A DNA stretch of 64,000 nt, from assembly GCA_029838215.1 (NCBI GenBank), contig JALGVI010000003.1, positions 1 through 64,000 of the forward strand, in the 5' to 3' direction. Below are positions 16,698 through 25,457 of the stretch, piece after piece (the first letter of the stretch is position 1; each line of letters begins with the position of its first letter). The notes below the pieces were generated by a model. It ran no database searches and was not told the origin of the DNA. It saw only the letters and a list, made by a program, of their open reading frames with translations. The stretch is from Candidatus Helarchaeota archaeon (lineage in GTDB: Archaea > Asgardarchaeota > Lokiarchaeia > Helarchaeales > RDOG01). Both the position numbers and the translations under genes were made by a program.

Positions 16698-18152
16698 GTG
16701 AATGTTATGAATGTCAAATCAAGGTGGGTCGTCTTTGTCTCCACTGTTCTGCTCCTGACTTTTATCGTGGTATTTTTTACTTATCGGCAATCTCTAGTAT
16801 TTGATTTACATGCAATATCTCAAATTTTTCTGCAAAATGGTGGATTTTTTTTCCCACTTGGGATTTTGATTTATGTCATCTTTGTAATTGTATCTGTTTT
16901 ATACGGATTGCTCTGGTTACTTGTCTTCTTTAATTTCGGTGTCATTTTTCTTGCTTCTTTTGGAAAAGCAGAACAAATTCGCGTCAATAGAGACGAGCTT
17001 CCAAAAATAAGCATTGTAATAGCAGCATTAGACGAAGAAAATGTCATTGAGCGGACGCTTAAACATCTCGTTCAAGTCGATTATCCGAAAGAAAAAATGG
17101 AAATTTTGGTCGTAACTTCTGGTTCAACTGATCGAACAGAAGAAATTTGCCGGGGTTTTCAAGAAGTGACTATTGTTAATGACCCTGTTGAAAAGAAGGG
17201 AAAACCGGCTGCTCTAAATTTGGCATTGAAAAAAATTAAAGGGGACGTTCTGGTATTATACGATGCTGACACGATAATTCCATCTGAATCTCTCATACCA
17301 TTGGTATCGGTTCTATCTGATCCGCGATATGAAACTGTAGTAGGTCCTGTTAACGTTTGGAACCAGAAGAATTCTTTCACCAAGGCAGTGGCACTTGAAT
17401 ACACGATGTTTTCAGGGCGAGGTCTTCTTTTTCATATCAAGCAAAAACTCGGCAGGCATCCTATGTACATGGGTTCGAATTGTGCCATATTGAAAAAAAC
17501 AATTGAAGAACTGGGTGGGTTTTCTGAGGAAGAACTCACCGAAGATATCGTTATTGGCTTTGAATTGAGAAAGCGCAAGAAGATCGTGGGATATGCACCC
17601 GAGGCATTTGTGAAAGAGATGGTTCCTGTAAACTGGAATTTGTATAAAAAACAGAGAACGCGTTGGGCAGGAGGTTTCTACAAGGTCTATGAAGAATATA
17701 AAAAGTATTTGGGTCCCATCAGCGGAATTTCCATGATGACTCACGTCCAACTCCCTCTATTTGTAATTGCCATTCCTTTATTTGCCCTGATAATTTCACT
17801 AATTTCCATGGGGATTGGTATCCCGTTGAATCTTTTCGTGATGACCACACCTTTACCCATCGTTTTGACTTTATATCCTTTTGAACAAATTTTTCTAAAC
17901 ACGAATTCCATCATCTTCTTTAGCCTTGATTGGATGGTAATTACCTTCTCCGCGATAGGGCTCATTTTCATCTTTGGACTTTTTATTAACTGCATCCGTA
18001 AATACGGTGAAAAGAAATACAGCCTCTTGAAATATCTCCCCATATACATTCGAAACCAATGGTGGAACTTTAAATGGGAGTTCAAGGATAAAAAAACGCT
18101 ACTGGAAACCACGTTTGAATGGGAAAAGACCGAAAAATGCGATGATGATTAA
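16698..18152 (+). CDS. Membrane GT2 family processive glycosyltransferase (cellulose synthase-like)
   Basis: D, YDAD, LTED and QRTRW motifs; N- and C-terminal TM segments. Confidence 0.9.
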   Translation: MNVMNVKSRWVVFVSTVLLLTFIVVFFTYRQSLVFDLHAISQIFLQNGGFFFPLGILIYVIFVIVSVLYGLLWLLVFFNFGVIFLASFGKAEQIRVNRDELPKISIVIAALDEENVIERTLKHLVQVDYPKEKMEILVVTSGSTDRTEEICRGFQEVTIVNDPVEKKGKPAALNLALKKIKGDVLVLYDADTIIPSESLIPLVSVLSDPRYETVVGPVNVWNQKNSFTKAVALEYTMFSGRGLLFHIKQKLGRHPMYMGSNCAILKKTIEELGGFSEEELTEDIVIGFELRKRKKIVGYAPEAFVKEMVPVNWNLYKKQRTRWAGGFYKVYEEYKKYLGPISGISMMTHVQLPLFVIAIPLFALIISLISMGIGIPLNLFVMTTPLPIVLTLYPFEQIFLNTNSIIFFSLDWMVITFSAIGLIFIFGLFINCIRKYGEKKYSLLKYLPIYIRNQWWNFKWEFKDKKTLLETTFEWEKTEKCDDD

Positions 18153-18153
18153 G

Positions 18154-19185
18154 TTATTGTGCTAATTTTCCAGCTTTTTCATCCTTTTTTTCTTCTGCAT
18201 TAATTACGGCATATAATTTGAGCGGTTTTGCAAATTCTCGGTTGTAAACGAAGATTAGATCTTTATTCTTGACGTTTATCATCGCATCATCATCTTGGAT
18301 GATCCCATTAATCACCATTTTCATCGGATCTGCAATTCCGAAAGTCATTATTATGCGATTCTTCAATGTTCGGACCGATTCACCAGGAGTGACTGCAAAA
18401 TTTACTCCTTTTAGTCGATTTTCTCCACAGACAATGCAATTTGGATTTCTCTTGAGTGGAACGTTCGTAAATCGTTGACTCAAGGCATCATAGAAAAGAA
18501 TTTCTGACGAGGGCTGTCCAATCTTAAGAAGCAGCCTGAGAACTTCCTGTGTTTCAAGCGCTCCGATTACAAAAGACACCGTGGAAATGGAAGGAAATTT
18601 AGATGGAGGTTCTTGAATATCCTCACGTTTTTGACCCGGAGGCGTGCATTTTTTTTGAAGCCGTTCTTTTGGTATTAACGGTTGGCATTCCAAGCATGCT
18701 GTTTTAAATGGTTCTACGACTTGAATATTTCCATACCAACCATACATGCCACCATGAACTAAAGGCACGTTCTCCGAAACCGCCAATGAGTTTAACCATC
18801 TTCGTGCCTCAAAAGTATCCAATCCATCCACGTAAACTCGTGCTTGTCCATGCACGTCCCGAGTGAGATTCTCAATTTTACCGTTAATTGCCTGTATTTC
18901 AACTTCGGGATTGATTAAAGCAAGTTTTTCTCTTGCAGCTTCAACTTTTAATTTTCCGATGTCGGATTCTTGAAAAAGCAACTGACGAGATAAGTTCGAA
19001 ATTTCAACTGTATCAAAATCACAAAGAATTAATTTTCCTATTCCCATCTGCGTCAGGCTTATGGCTACAACACTTCCTAACGCTCCAACCCCTGCAATGA
19101 GCACGCAGGACTTGCTTATCTCGGTTTGATCCCAATTTTTTAATAATTCTTGCCGCGAATACCGCCCTTTATCTTCCAACCCCAT
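18154..19185 (-). CDS. Ubiquitin-activating enzyme E1 (ThiF/MoeB adenylation domain plus C-terminal UFD-like domain)
   Basis: RYSRQ, GVGALG, DTVEISNLSRQ, CLEC/CIVC Zn pairs, putative catalytic KKCT. ATG 19185 follows GGAGG; the track start is 19230. Confidence 0.9.
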   Translation of the reverse strand: MGLEDKGRYSRQELLKNWDQTEISKSCVLIAGVGALGSVVAISLTQMGIGKLILCDFDTVEISNLSRQLLFQESDIGKLKVEAAREKLALINPEVEIQAINGKIENLTRDVHGQARVYVDGLDTFEARRWLNSLAVSENVPLVHGGMYGWYGNIQVVEPFKTACLECQPLIPKERLQKKCTPPGQKREDIQEPPSKFPSISTVSFVIGALETQEVLRLLLKIGQPSSEILFYDALSQRFTNVPLKRNPNCIVCGENRLKGVNFAVTPGESVRTLKNRIIMTFGIADPMKMVINGIIQDDDAMINVKNKDLIFVYNREFAKPLKLYAVINAEEKKDEKAGKLAQ

Positions 19186-19205
19186 GCCTCCAATAGTGGT
19201 GAAGA

Positions 19206-19682
19206 TTAATCTCGTTGAACTTTTTCCCAACTTGCGTATTCAGCCGTATGTTTCCTGACTCTTTTCTCATATTCTTCCGGCTTTTTTAACAATAACTTGG
19301 CAGCTTCCCTGTTCAAGGGCGATCGGGGATTTGGAAAGTGAAGGAGATTGCGAAGCGCTTCAATGACACCCGCGATATTCATGTTTGGGGTCCAATCCTT
19401 ACCGAAAATGCCTATGCAAACACGATTGCGGATGAAGTTGGGATGAAAAATCGGAGTCAACCATTTCACTTGTGGTGGTTCGAATGGAAACTTGCGCGTG
19501 ATTTTTATTTCGATCTGAAAGACACCTCCCTCGTATAGTTCCGTCCCAATTATGAAACCCCTCCATACCCGCAAGTCATTGTTAACCGGCTTAAAGGAAG
19601 GCTCTTCTTCTTCTAAGATTTTTGCTTCTAAAACCAATCGAGAATAATAATCTTCATCAGAAAGCAAGTTGCAGAAATCCAC
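19206..19682 (-). CDS. Ubiquitin-conjugating enzyme E2 (UBC)
   Basis: YEGGVF, FPFEPPQVKW.TPIFHPNF...VCIGI...W.P, PNPRSPLN; catalytic Cys present. Alternative TTG start at 19667. Confidence 0.95.
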   Translation of the reverse strand: MDFCNLLSDEDYYSRLVLEAKILEEEEPSFKPVNNDLRVWRGFIIGTELYEGGVFQIEIKITRKFPFEPPQVKWLTPIFHPNFIRNRVCIGIFGKDWTPNMNIAGVIEALRNLLHFPNPRSPLNREAAKLLLKKPEEYEKRVRKHTAEYASWEKVQRD

Positions 19683-19917
19683 CTTCAGTTCTTGTTATCA
19701 CGTATATCCTGTCGTTGGCTTGGATGCCAGCATCTTGGAGCGTTTGTGTCTCATCTAACTCCACGCCACGAAATGCTAAGACAAAGATATTTACGGGTAT
19801 ATCTTTCTGGCGCGAGATTTCATCTTTAAGGTTTTTTACTAAAACATTTGGAGACATATCAAGGTCTAGGACATCTCCACCTATTGCTGACACGATTTTT
19901 ATGTTCATTTTTTTCAC
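19657..19917 (-). CDS. Ubiquitin-like protein with C-terminal propeptide (TRTEGG|FLQLAF)
   Basis: Beta-grasp pattern (LAFRGVELDETQTLQDAGI) and di-Gly at codons 79-80, followed by 6 residues. Confidence 0.9.
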   Translation of the reverse strand: MKKMNIKIVSAIGGDVLDLDMSPNVLVKNLKDEISRQKDIPVNIFVLAFRGVELDETQTLQDAGIQANDRIYVITRTEGGFLQLAF

Positions 19918-20036
19918 CTTTCTAAAAAAGCCTCATTCATTAGCATCTTTTCAATAATACCTATCGGCTATTATTTTTTAGTTTATTGCTTCTTGCAAGC
20001 AAGGAAAATCATTTTTCTTTTTTTTAAGAACTTCAT

Positions 20037-20276
20037 TCAAATAAGATCCCGTTGCCTGATCTTTTTCTTGCAGTTTGGACAAACCGCACGAATTTTCAAC
20101 CAATCTAACATGTGCTTTTTGTGTGCCTGTTTTCTACAATGAGGGCAGGTGACAATTTCATCATCGTCATCTTTTATTATCAAATTGCAAACAATGCACT
20201 TCTTTTTCTCATTCCAATCCCATTTTCCTACTGTTATGATATTACGGATGATAAATCTTTTTTGCGGAACGGACAT
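20037..20276 (-). CDS. Small RING-finger E3 ligase-like protein
   Basis: CIVC-x13-CPHC-x4-HKKH-x3-W-x6-CPNC; first gene of the Ub/E2/E1 run. Confidence 0.85.
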   Translation of the reverse strand: MSVPQKRFIIRNIITVGKWDWNEKKKCIVCNLIIKDDDDEIVTCPHCRKQAHKKHMLDWLKIRAVCPNCKKKIRQRDLI

Positions 20277-20410
20277 GATCTTTCATCGGCTTTCCTTTTT
20301 TAATGAGATAACAATCTTGCAATCTCACGATTGATATATAAGAAAATAAATTCAAAACTATTTAAGAATCAAGGATTCGGAATAAAGATTGAACGTAAAC
20401 GGCAAATCGT

Positions 20411-20833
20411 GTGATAATAATGCCTGAGGAGAAGAAAAAAGTTATGGAATTTGATCTGGAAGCAATAGACACACCTGCTGGTAAAGTGCCGACAATAACC
20501 AGTGTTCAACGTTTAACTGAAGCTCTAAACGCTTTAAATGATGACATGAATGAACATCGCCGGCTCATAAATGAAGCTTTAATCTCCCAGATGGGAACAT
20601 TCGAATTTGAACTTGCGAGCTTGAAGAAAATCATTTCAAAATACATTTTAAAAAACGAAGCAACAGCCTTAGGTGCTGAAAAACTAAGACAGGAAATTAT
20701 TTCCCATGATCAAAAAACGATGGAACGATTTAAAAAAATTGAAGAAAGGATGGCTGCATTTGAACAAAATATTCAGAAGAAAATCATATCTGCTTTGGAT
20801 ACCTTCATACGCAGTTTCCGAAGTAAATCCTGA
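20411..20833 (+). CDS. Coiled-coil hypothetical protein inside the Ub-ESCRT locus
   Basis: 140-aa helical ORF between the RING gene and vps25; GTG start. Confidence 0.7.
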   Translation: MIIMPEEKKKVMEFDLEAIDTPAGKVPTITSVQRLTEALNALNDDMNEHRRLINEALISQMGTFEFELASLKKIISKYILKNEATALGAEKLRQEIISHDQKTMERFKKIEERMAAFEQNIQKKIISALDTFIRSFRSKS

Positions 20834-20838
20834 AAAAT

Positions 20839-21732
20839 TTAACCGTCCTCGAACTTTAACTTGATGCTTCTTTTTGTTTTATTTATCCATTGGGCTTTCT
20901 TTTTCTTGATTAGTATTTCAAGAATCTTGCGGATGTCTTGAGGAGGAAGGGATCCGAACCCACGATCGACTTCATCTCCAATTTCTTTGATGTCCATCAT
21001 CGTGAGAATATCGGTTCCATTCCAGAAACAGTATTCGAACAATTTATTTGCCCATTCCTCCAAGGATTTCCAATAAATCCTGAGTCTTGTCTTTTCAGGA
21101 TTAATCCACTCCCCATAATCGGTATTTGCCAGATCTTCAAGGATCTCACGCAAGTACTTCTCACGTTCACGCAAGTATTTAAACGGTGGTTCAGTGGATT
21201 TTGTCAGAAAATCAAAGATATGAAGCAAATAAACGCGAGAATAGTCTAAAATGAAAGCACTCCACTCTTGGATGAATTGTTCTCGCTCCTTATCTGTCTT
21301 ATAAAAGAACATCCATGGTTTTAGCTTTTCATTAAAAGCCCAAGGATATGTTTCTTTTAGTTTCTTCTCTAGTTCTTCAAATACTTTATCTTTTTTGCTT
21401 TCTGCAAGCTTTTCCAATTCCTCTTCTAATTTAAATTGATATCTGAGGCGTAATTTCCGCTCAAACTCCTTTTTATAACGTTCGAATTCTCTACGAAGTC
21501 TTTGCTCAACTTTTTTCTCAATTGCTTTTAGGATTTCGGGATCTATTTGCTCCATTTTCGTTTTTAAGTTGATTCGTTGCTTCATTTGTTCGGAATCTCT
21601 TGAAATTTTCTTTGAGATCTTCATCGCTTCTTTTTCTAATTCGTCGATGCTTTTTTCTCCTTGTTTTTTATTTTTTTCGGGTTCGCGTTCCATTAGTGCC
21701 ATCGCAAGTCCCTCAAACACTCCCAAATTCAT
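20839..21732 (-). CDS. vps25: ESCRT-II Vps25 (EAP20)-like tandem winged-helix protein with N-terminal coiled-coil extension
   Basis: YPW...REQFIQEWSAFIL, PPF, GEWINPEKTRLRIYWKSLEEWANKLFEY, KILEILIKKKKA...IKLKF resemble eukaryotic Vps25; directly downstream of vps4. Confidence 0.8.
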   Translation of the reverse strand: MNLGVFEGLAMALMEREPEKNKKQGEKSIDELEKEAMKISKKISRDSEQMKQRINLKTKMEQIDPEILKAIEKKVEQRLRREFERYKKEFERKLRLRYQFKLEEELEKLAESKKDKVFEELEKKLKETYPWAFNEKLKPWMFFYKTDKEREQFIQEWSAFILDYSRVYLLHIFDFLTKSTEPPFKYLREREKYLREILEDLANTDYGEWINPEKTRLRIYWKSLEEWANKLFEYCFWNGTDILTMMDIKEIGDEVDRGFGSLPPQDIRKILEILIKKKKAQWINKTKRSIKLKFEDG

Positions 21733-22918
21733 TGGCCCAATCTTCGTATTTCTTCAATTCTTTCTTTGAAACTGATGGTTTCACGCCTTTCAAGGATTCT
21801 AGAAAATCTTGTTGAATGACAGGACGTGGCGTGGCATCTTGTAAATCACCGCTCATGTCCAATTCACGAATGGGGTTCATTATGCTTTCCCTGCAGACAA
21901 GTGCGATATCCGATCCCGAATACCCGTCCGTAATGAAGGCAAGCTCTTCAAAGTTAACGGCTTCGTCCAAATCTACTCCTTTCGTATGTAATTGAAATAA
22001 AACTTTTCTCGCTTCAAATTCTGGAAGACCTATGTAAATTCTTTTTTCGAACCGACGTCGCATTGCCGCATCTATTTCCCAAGGCGTGTTCGTGGCTCCC
22101 AACATTACTATCTGTTGTCCTTCACTTTTCATTCCATCGATCTCTTGGAGTAATTGTGTCTTGATGCGTCTTTCTCCACCACCTTCAGAACCCGATCCTC
22201 CCCTTGAGGTAGTTAGAGAATCGATTTCATCCATGAATATCAGGGCGGGTGAATTCTGGCGGGCAAGATTGAAAAGCTCTTTAATGAGACGTTCGGATTC
22301 TCCTAACCATTTCGAAACAAGTGAAGCCGCATCAGCATTGAAAAACGTGGCATCGCATTCATTTGCTACGGCTTTTGCGATCATGGTCTTCCCGCATCCT
22401 GGAGGACCGTATAAAAGAATTCCCCTCCAAGGCTTGCGTGCACCCTTGAATAAATCAGGTCTGACCATGGGTAAAATTATGGCTTCTCGAAGGGCTTGTT
22501 TTGCTGCCTCCAAGTTGGCAACATCTTCCCACTTGATATCTGGTTTTTCGGTAACAATTGTATCTGCTATTGCGGCCGTTAATTTTGGGTCGCCTTTTAA
22601 CTTGAGCTTCTTTTTCTTTTTAGGTTTATCTTCGTCCCCTTCTTCCGAATCGTCCTCGAATTCTTCTTCGATATCCTCTTCAAAATCCGGTTCTTCGATT
22701 CCTCGTAATTGCTTGGCTCTTTTAATATATGCGGCGATTTTTTCCTCAATTACCGGTCTTATTTGTGCATTCCTGTTGATTCTTATGAATTGAGCCAAAC
22801 AATCAGCGGCTTCTATGTATTTTTTCTGCGCCTCTTCATATTGCTGTAAATCATCTAATTCTTTCGCTTTTTTTGCCAGCTTTTGTCCTGTTTTGAGTAA
22901 TTTCTGATACGAAGACAT
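21713..22918 (-). CDS. vps4: Vps4 AAA ATPase with N-terminal MIT domain
   Basis: MIT helices; EKPDIKWEDVANLEAAKQALREAIILP, GPPGCGKT, LVSKWLGESE, IFMDEID, RRFEKRIYI, C-terminal EFGS. Confidence 0.95.
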   Translation of the reverse strand: MSSYQKLLKTGQKLAKKAKELDDLQQYEEAQKKYIEAADCLAQFIRINRNAQIRPVIEEKIAAYIKRAKQLRGIEEPDFEEDIEEEFEDDSEEGDEDKPKKKKKLKLKGDPKLTAAIADTIVTEKPDIKWEDVANLEAAKQALREAIILPMVRPDLFKGARKPWRGILLYGPPGCGKTMIAKAVANECDATFFNADAASLVSKWLGESERLIKELFNLARQNSPALIFMDEIDSLTTSRGGSGSEGGGERRIKTQLLQEIDGMKSEGQQIVMLGATNTPWEIDAAMRRRFEKRIYIGLPEFEARKVLFQLHTKGVDLDEAVNFEELAFITDGYSGSDIALVCRESIMNPIRELDMSGDLQDATPRPVIQQDFLESLKGVKPSVSKKELKKYEDWANEFGSV

Positions 22919-23018
22919 GGTTTTTCTCCAGCAAGACCTTATTCTAATAAATCACTTTAATCGCTTATTTATAATATTAATGAAACGGCTAAAAAATGAA
23001 AATTTTATATGCATTTTT

Positions 23019-24593
23019 TTAAAGTGGGTTCTCGCACATGAACGGCTTCACCATCTCCGTGACTGTCTCACAAATAGAACCTAACTCTTCTTTAACGATT
23101 TTATCCAGAGTGTCATGTTCATCAAGAAGGTAATAAGGACAGCCGATCCAAGAAATAACTGGAACTCCCGATGCAACAACGTATCCCGCGGCATCCGAAG
23201 TCGGTGCAGTTGCAATTAAATCAGACGGAATAGGGAGTGTTATCTTGGAAGGTTTTTTCCTCAGAGCATTGACTGCAGTGGCGATTGTGAGCGGCTTATT
23301 CGACGTGAACATCACGGTCAATGCAAGGTTGTCTGTCTTGACATATTCTCGGTCTTGTTCTTGGACCTCGATTCCCCCTAGATGCTCAAGAGTAATTAGA
23401 ATTTTAGTTTTTTGCATTAAATCTGGATGCTGTTTCGCAAACTTAAATGCTCCTTGGGATCCGTAGAAATGCCCCGCATCCACGACGAAAACTATCGTCC
23501 GTGCTCTCTTCTCCTTAGGAATACTTGCCCATATTTTTACTTGAGCCAACACTTGAGCAACACCTGATCCATCTTCGACCGCACCTTGAAATGGCGCATC
23601 GTGATGGGATGTAATCAACACGATCTCCTCGGACATGCCGGGTAAGACTCCCCAAATGTTTGACATATTTCCCGGTTTCACGGTACCCTCCAGCTTGAGC
23701 GTAGCGTTGGCACCTTCTTTGGCTTTCTCTCGGAGGTCTTCACCATCAAATTTTCCAACCCAGAGACCCGGCATCGGTTTCATTATTCCATCATAAGGAC
23801 CATAATGAGAATTGGAATTGGACGGTTGGTTCTTGAGAATGAGACAGATCCCTTTTGCTCCCTGCTTGAACGCCTGCCAATAAACGTCATTAGATGGTGC
23901 ATTATCCACGGTTGAACCTCCGATGAAATTTTGGCGTACAAAATTTAAATATTGCCCTGTCTTAGAAGTTATCTGACGTGCAGGATCCGATACGATATAC
24001 GTAGCCCCAACTATCTTTAAAGCCTTTATTAAACGCCCAATCGATATGTATGGAAAGGGAACATCAGCCACGACGATTTTCCCCTCTACGTCTACCGATT
24101 TAAAATCCTTTTTTTTGCCTTCACCGACATATGCGAGAGGTGCAGTTATGCCGTCATTTGACGTGAAACCAGTATTAAGAATAAAAAAGCTGGGAATTTT
24201 TTGCCCGCCTATCGTTAAAGACCATCTATCTGCATTCCAAATCTTAATCGGAATGGGATCTACTGTTATATCCTGCAATCCCAATTCTTTGAATTTGGAA
24301 GCGACCCATTTTTCTGCTTGATGTCCTTCAGCGGTGCCAGGTCGTCGGTGAGGTGTCTGACAAATCTCAGAAATCCAATTATAAATCTCTGTTGAATTCG
24401 GATATTTGATAGGATGATTATATTCCGGAAAATTTTTTAATAGTTTTTTAGCTCTTCGTTTTGCCATCCATATGCTCGGCAATTTTTTTAAAAATCGAAT
24501 AATGATACCGCTTGGCTTGGTGCTCACCCGATCTTCCCAAATGTCTTCAATTTCTTCTGCATTGTCCGTAAAAAACACCTCAGAATATTTCAT
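23019..24593 (-). CDS. PA-domain M28-like peptidase with non-canonical metal ligands
   Basis: HRRPGT, PA insert, TSHHDA, GAVEDGSG, DAGHFYGS, LEHLG, DTLDKI; no signal peptide. Confidence 0.75.
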   Translation of the reverse strand: MKYSEVFFTDNAEEIEDIWEDRVSTKPSGIIIRFLKKLPSIWMAKRRAKKLLKNFPEYNHPIKYPNSTEIYNWISEICQTPHRRPGTAEGHQAEKWVASKFKELGLQDITVDPIPIKIWNADRWSLTIGGQKIPSFFILNTGFTSNDGITAPLAYVGEGKKKDFKSVDVEGKIVVADVPFPYISIGRLIKALKIVGATYIVSDPARQITSKTGQYLNFVRQNFIGGSTVDNAPSNDVYWQAFKQGAKGICLILKNQPSNSNSHYGPYDGIMKPMPGLWVGKFDGEDLREKAKEGANATLKLEGTVKPGNMSNIWGVLPGMSEEIVLITSHHDAPFQGAVEDGSGVAQVLAQVKIWASIPKEKRARTIVFVVDAGHFYGSQGAFKFAKQHPDLMQKTKILITLEHLGGIEVQEQDREYVKTDNLALTVMFTSNKPLTIATAVNALRKKPSKITLPIPSDLIATAPTSDAAGYVVASGVPVISWIGCPYYLLDEHDTLDKIVKEELGSICETVTEMVKPFMCENPL

Positions 24594-24624
24594 GATATTT
24601 GTGAGTCTATGCTTGCATTCATTT

Positions 24625-24951
24625 TCAATTTGATAGAATTTTTTCTTTTAATTCTAGGAGTTTATTTTCAACTATATCCCAAATGATCTCTACATCTATA
24701 CCAAAATATGCATGAATAAGAATATCCCTCAATCCTGCTATCTTTCTCCATTCCACATCAGGATTGCTTCTTTTCACATTTTCTGGTAGGAATTTGATTG
24801 CCTCTCCTATTATCTCCAAATTTCTCGTTACTGCATCTTGAATTAATTCATTATCTGCAAATTTATCATAACTGATATTATTCGTATATTTCTTAATCTT
24901 ACGTATTGCCTCAAGAATATCCTTGAGATACGTTTTATATGCCCGCGGCAT
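24625..24951 (-). CDS. HEPN (HepT/DUF86) ribonuclease toxin
   Basis: DAVTRNLEIIGEA, WRKIAGLRDILIHAYFG (Rx4H). Confidence 0.92.
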   Translation of the reverse strand: MPRAYKTYLKDILEAIRKIKKYTNNISYDKFADNELIQDAVTRNLEIIGEAIKFLPENVKRSNPDVEWRKIAGLRDILIHAYFGIDVEIIWDIVENKLLELKEKILSN

Positions 24952-25246
24952 ATTTTACATTCTCCAAAATATAGACTTTCAAATCGGGTTTTATTGCCTC
25001 AATAACCACGAGATCAACTTTATAATCAAGTAGATCTTCTAAAAAGAACTTGAGATCCATGTAATTGTCAAAAGTTTTCATTCCCTTCTTAAATCCTACT
25101 ATTATATCTATATCGCTTTCTGGTTTTTGTTCGTTTCTGATATACGAACCAAAAATGCCAATCTTCTCGGCTCCAAATTGCCTAATTTTTTCTCTATTTT
25201 TCTCTATTCTTTCCAAGATCTCAATTGATGTTAACATGCTTTTCAT
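24935..25246 (-). CDS. Minimal nucleotidyltransferase (MNT/MntA) antitoxin
   Basis: GIFGSYIRNEQKPESDIDI (GSx10DxD), KVDLV; overlaps the HEPN gene. Confidence 0.92.
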   Translation of the reverse strand: MKSMLTSIEILERIEKNREKIRQFGAEKIGIFGSYIRNEQKPESDIDIIVGFKKGMKTFDNYMDLKFFLEDLLDYKVDLVVIEAIKPDLKVYILENVKYAAGI

Positions 25247-25309
25247 CCTTTGTTTGTAGAGAAGAACATTTTCATTCTAATTTAATTTACGAAAAATAAA
25301 TATTTAATC

Positions 25310-25457
25310 GTTTTTTAGCTCTTCATTTTGCTATCTACATGCGGGGTAATTTTTTTAAAAATCGAACAATGGTGCCACTTAGTTTTGTATTGAACCGATC
25401 TTCCCACATGTCTTCAATTTCTTCTGCATTGTCCACAAAAAACACCTCAGAATATTT
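25310..25457 (-). pseudogene. Decayed duplicate of the first ~50 codons of the M28-like peptidase
   Basis: Aligns with 24443-24590. It translates KYSEVFFVDNAEEIEDMWEDRFNTKLSGTIVRFLKKLPRM*IAK*RAKK, with two in-frame stops and no in-frame ATG. Confidence 0.85.

Noticed and set aside
22600-22720. Acidic tract plus poly-Lys in the Vps4 linker as a novelty
   Set aside because: An acidic-then-basic MIT-AAA linker is also typical of eukaryotic Vps4.
22086-22793. 235-aa plus-strand ORF opposite vps4, and similar long antisense ORFs at 58267-58770, 61895-62482 and 62527-63030
   Set aside because: They lie exactly antisense to well-supported genes and show the Ser/Phe/Ile-rich composition typical of reverse-frame artefacts.
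25310-25457. In-frame TAG/TGA read as pyrrolysine or selenocysteine recoding
   Set aside because: They replace Trp and Arg codons of the intact copy by single changes, the start is lost and homology ends after ~50 codons, so this is a pseudogene.
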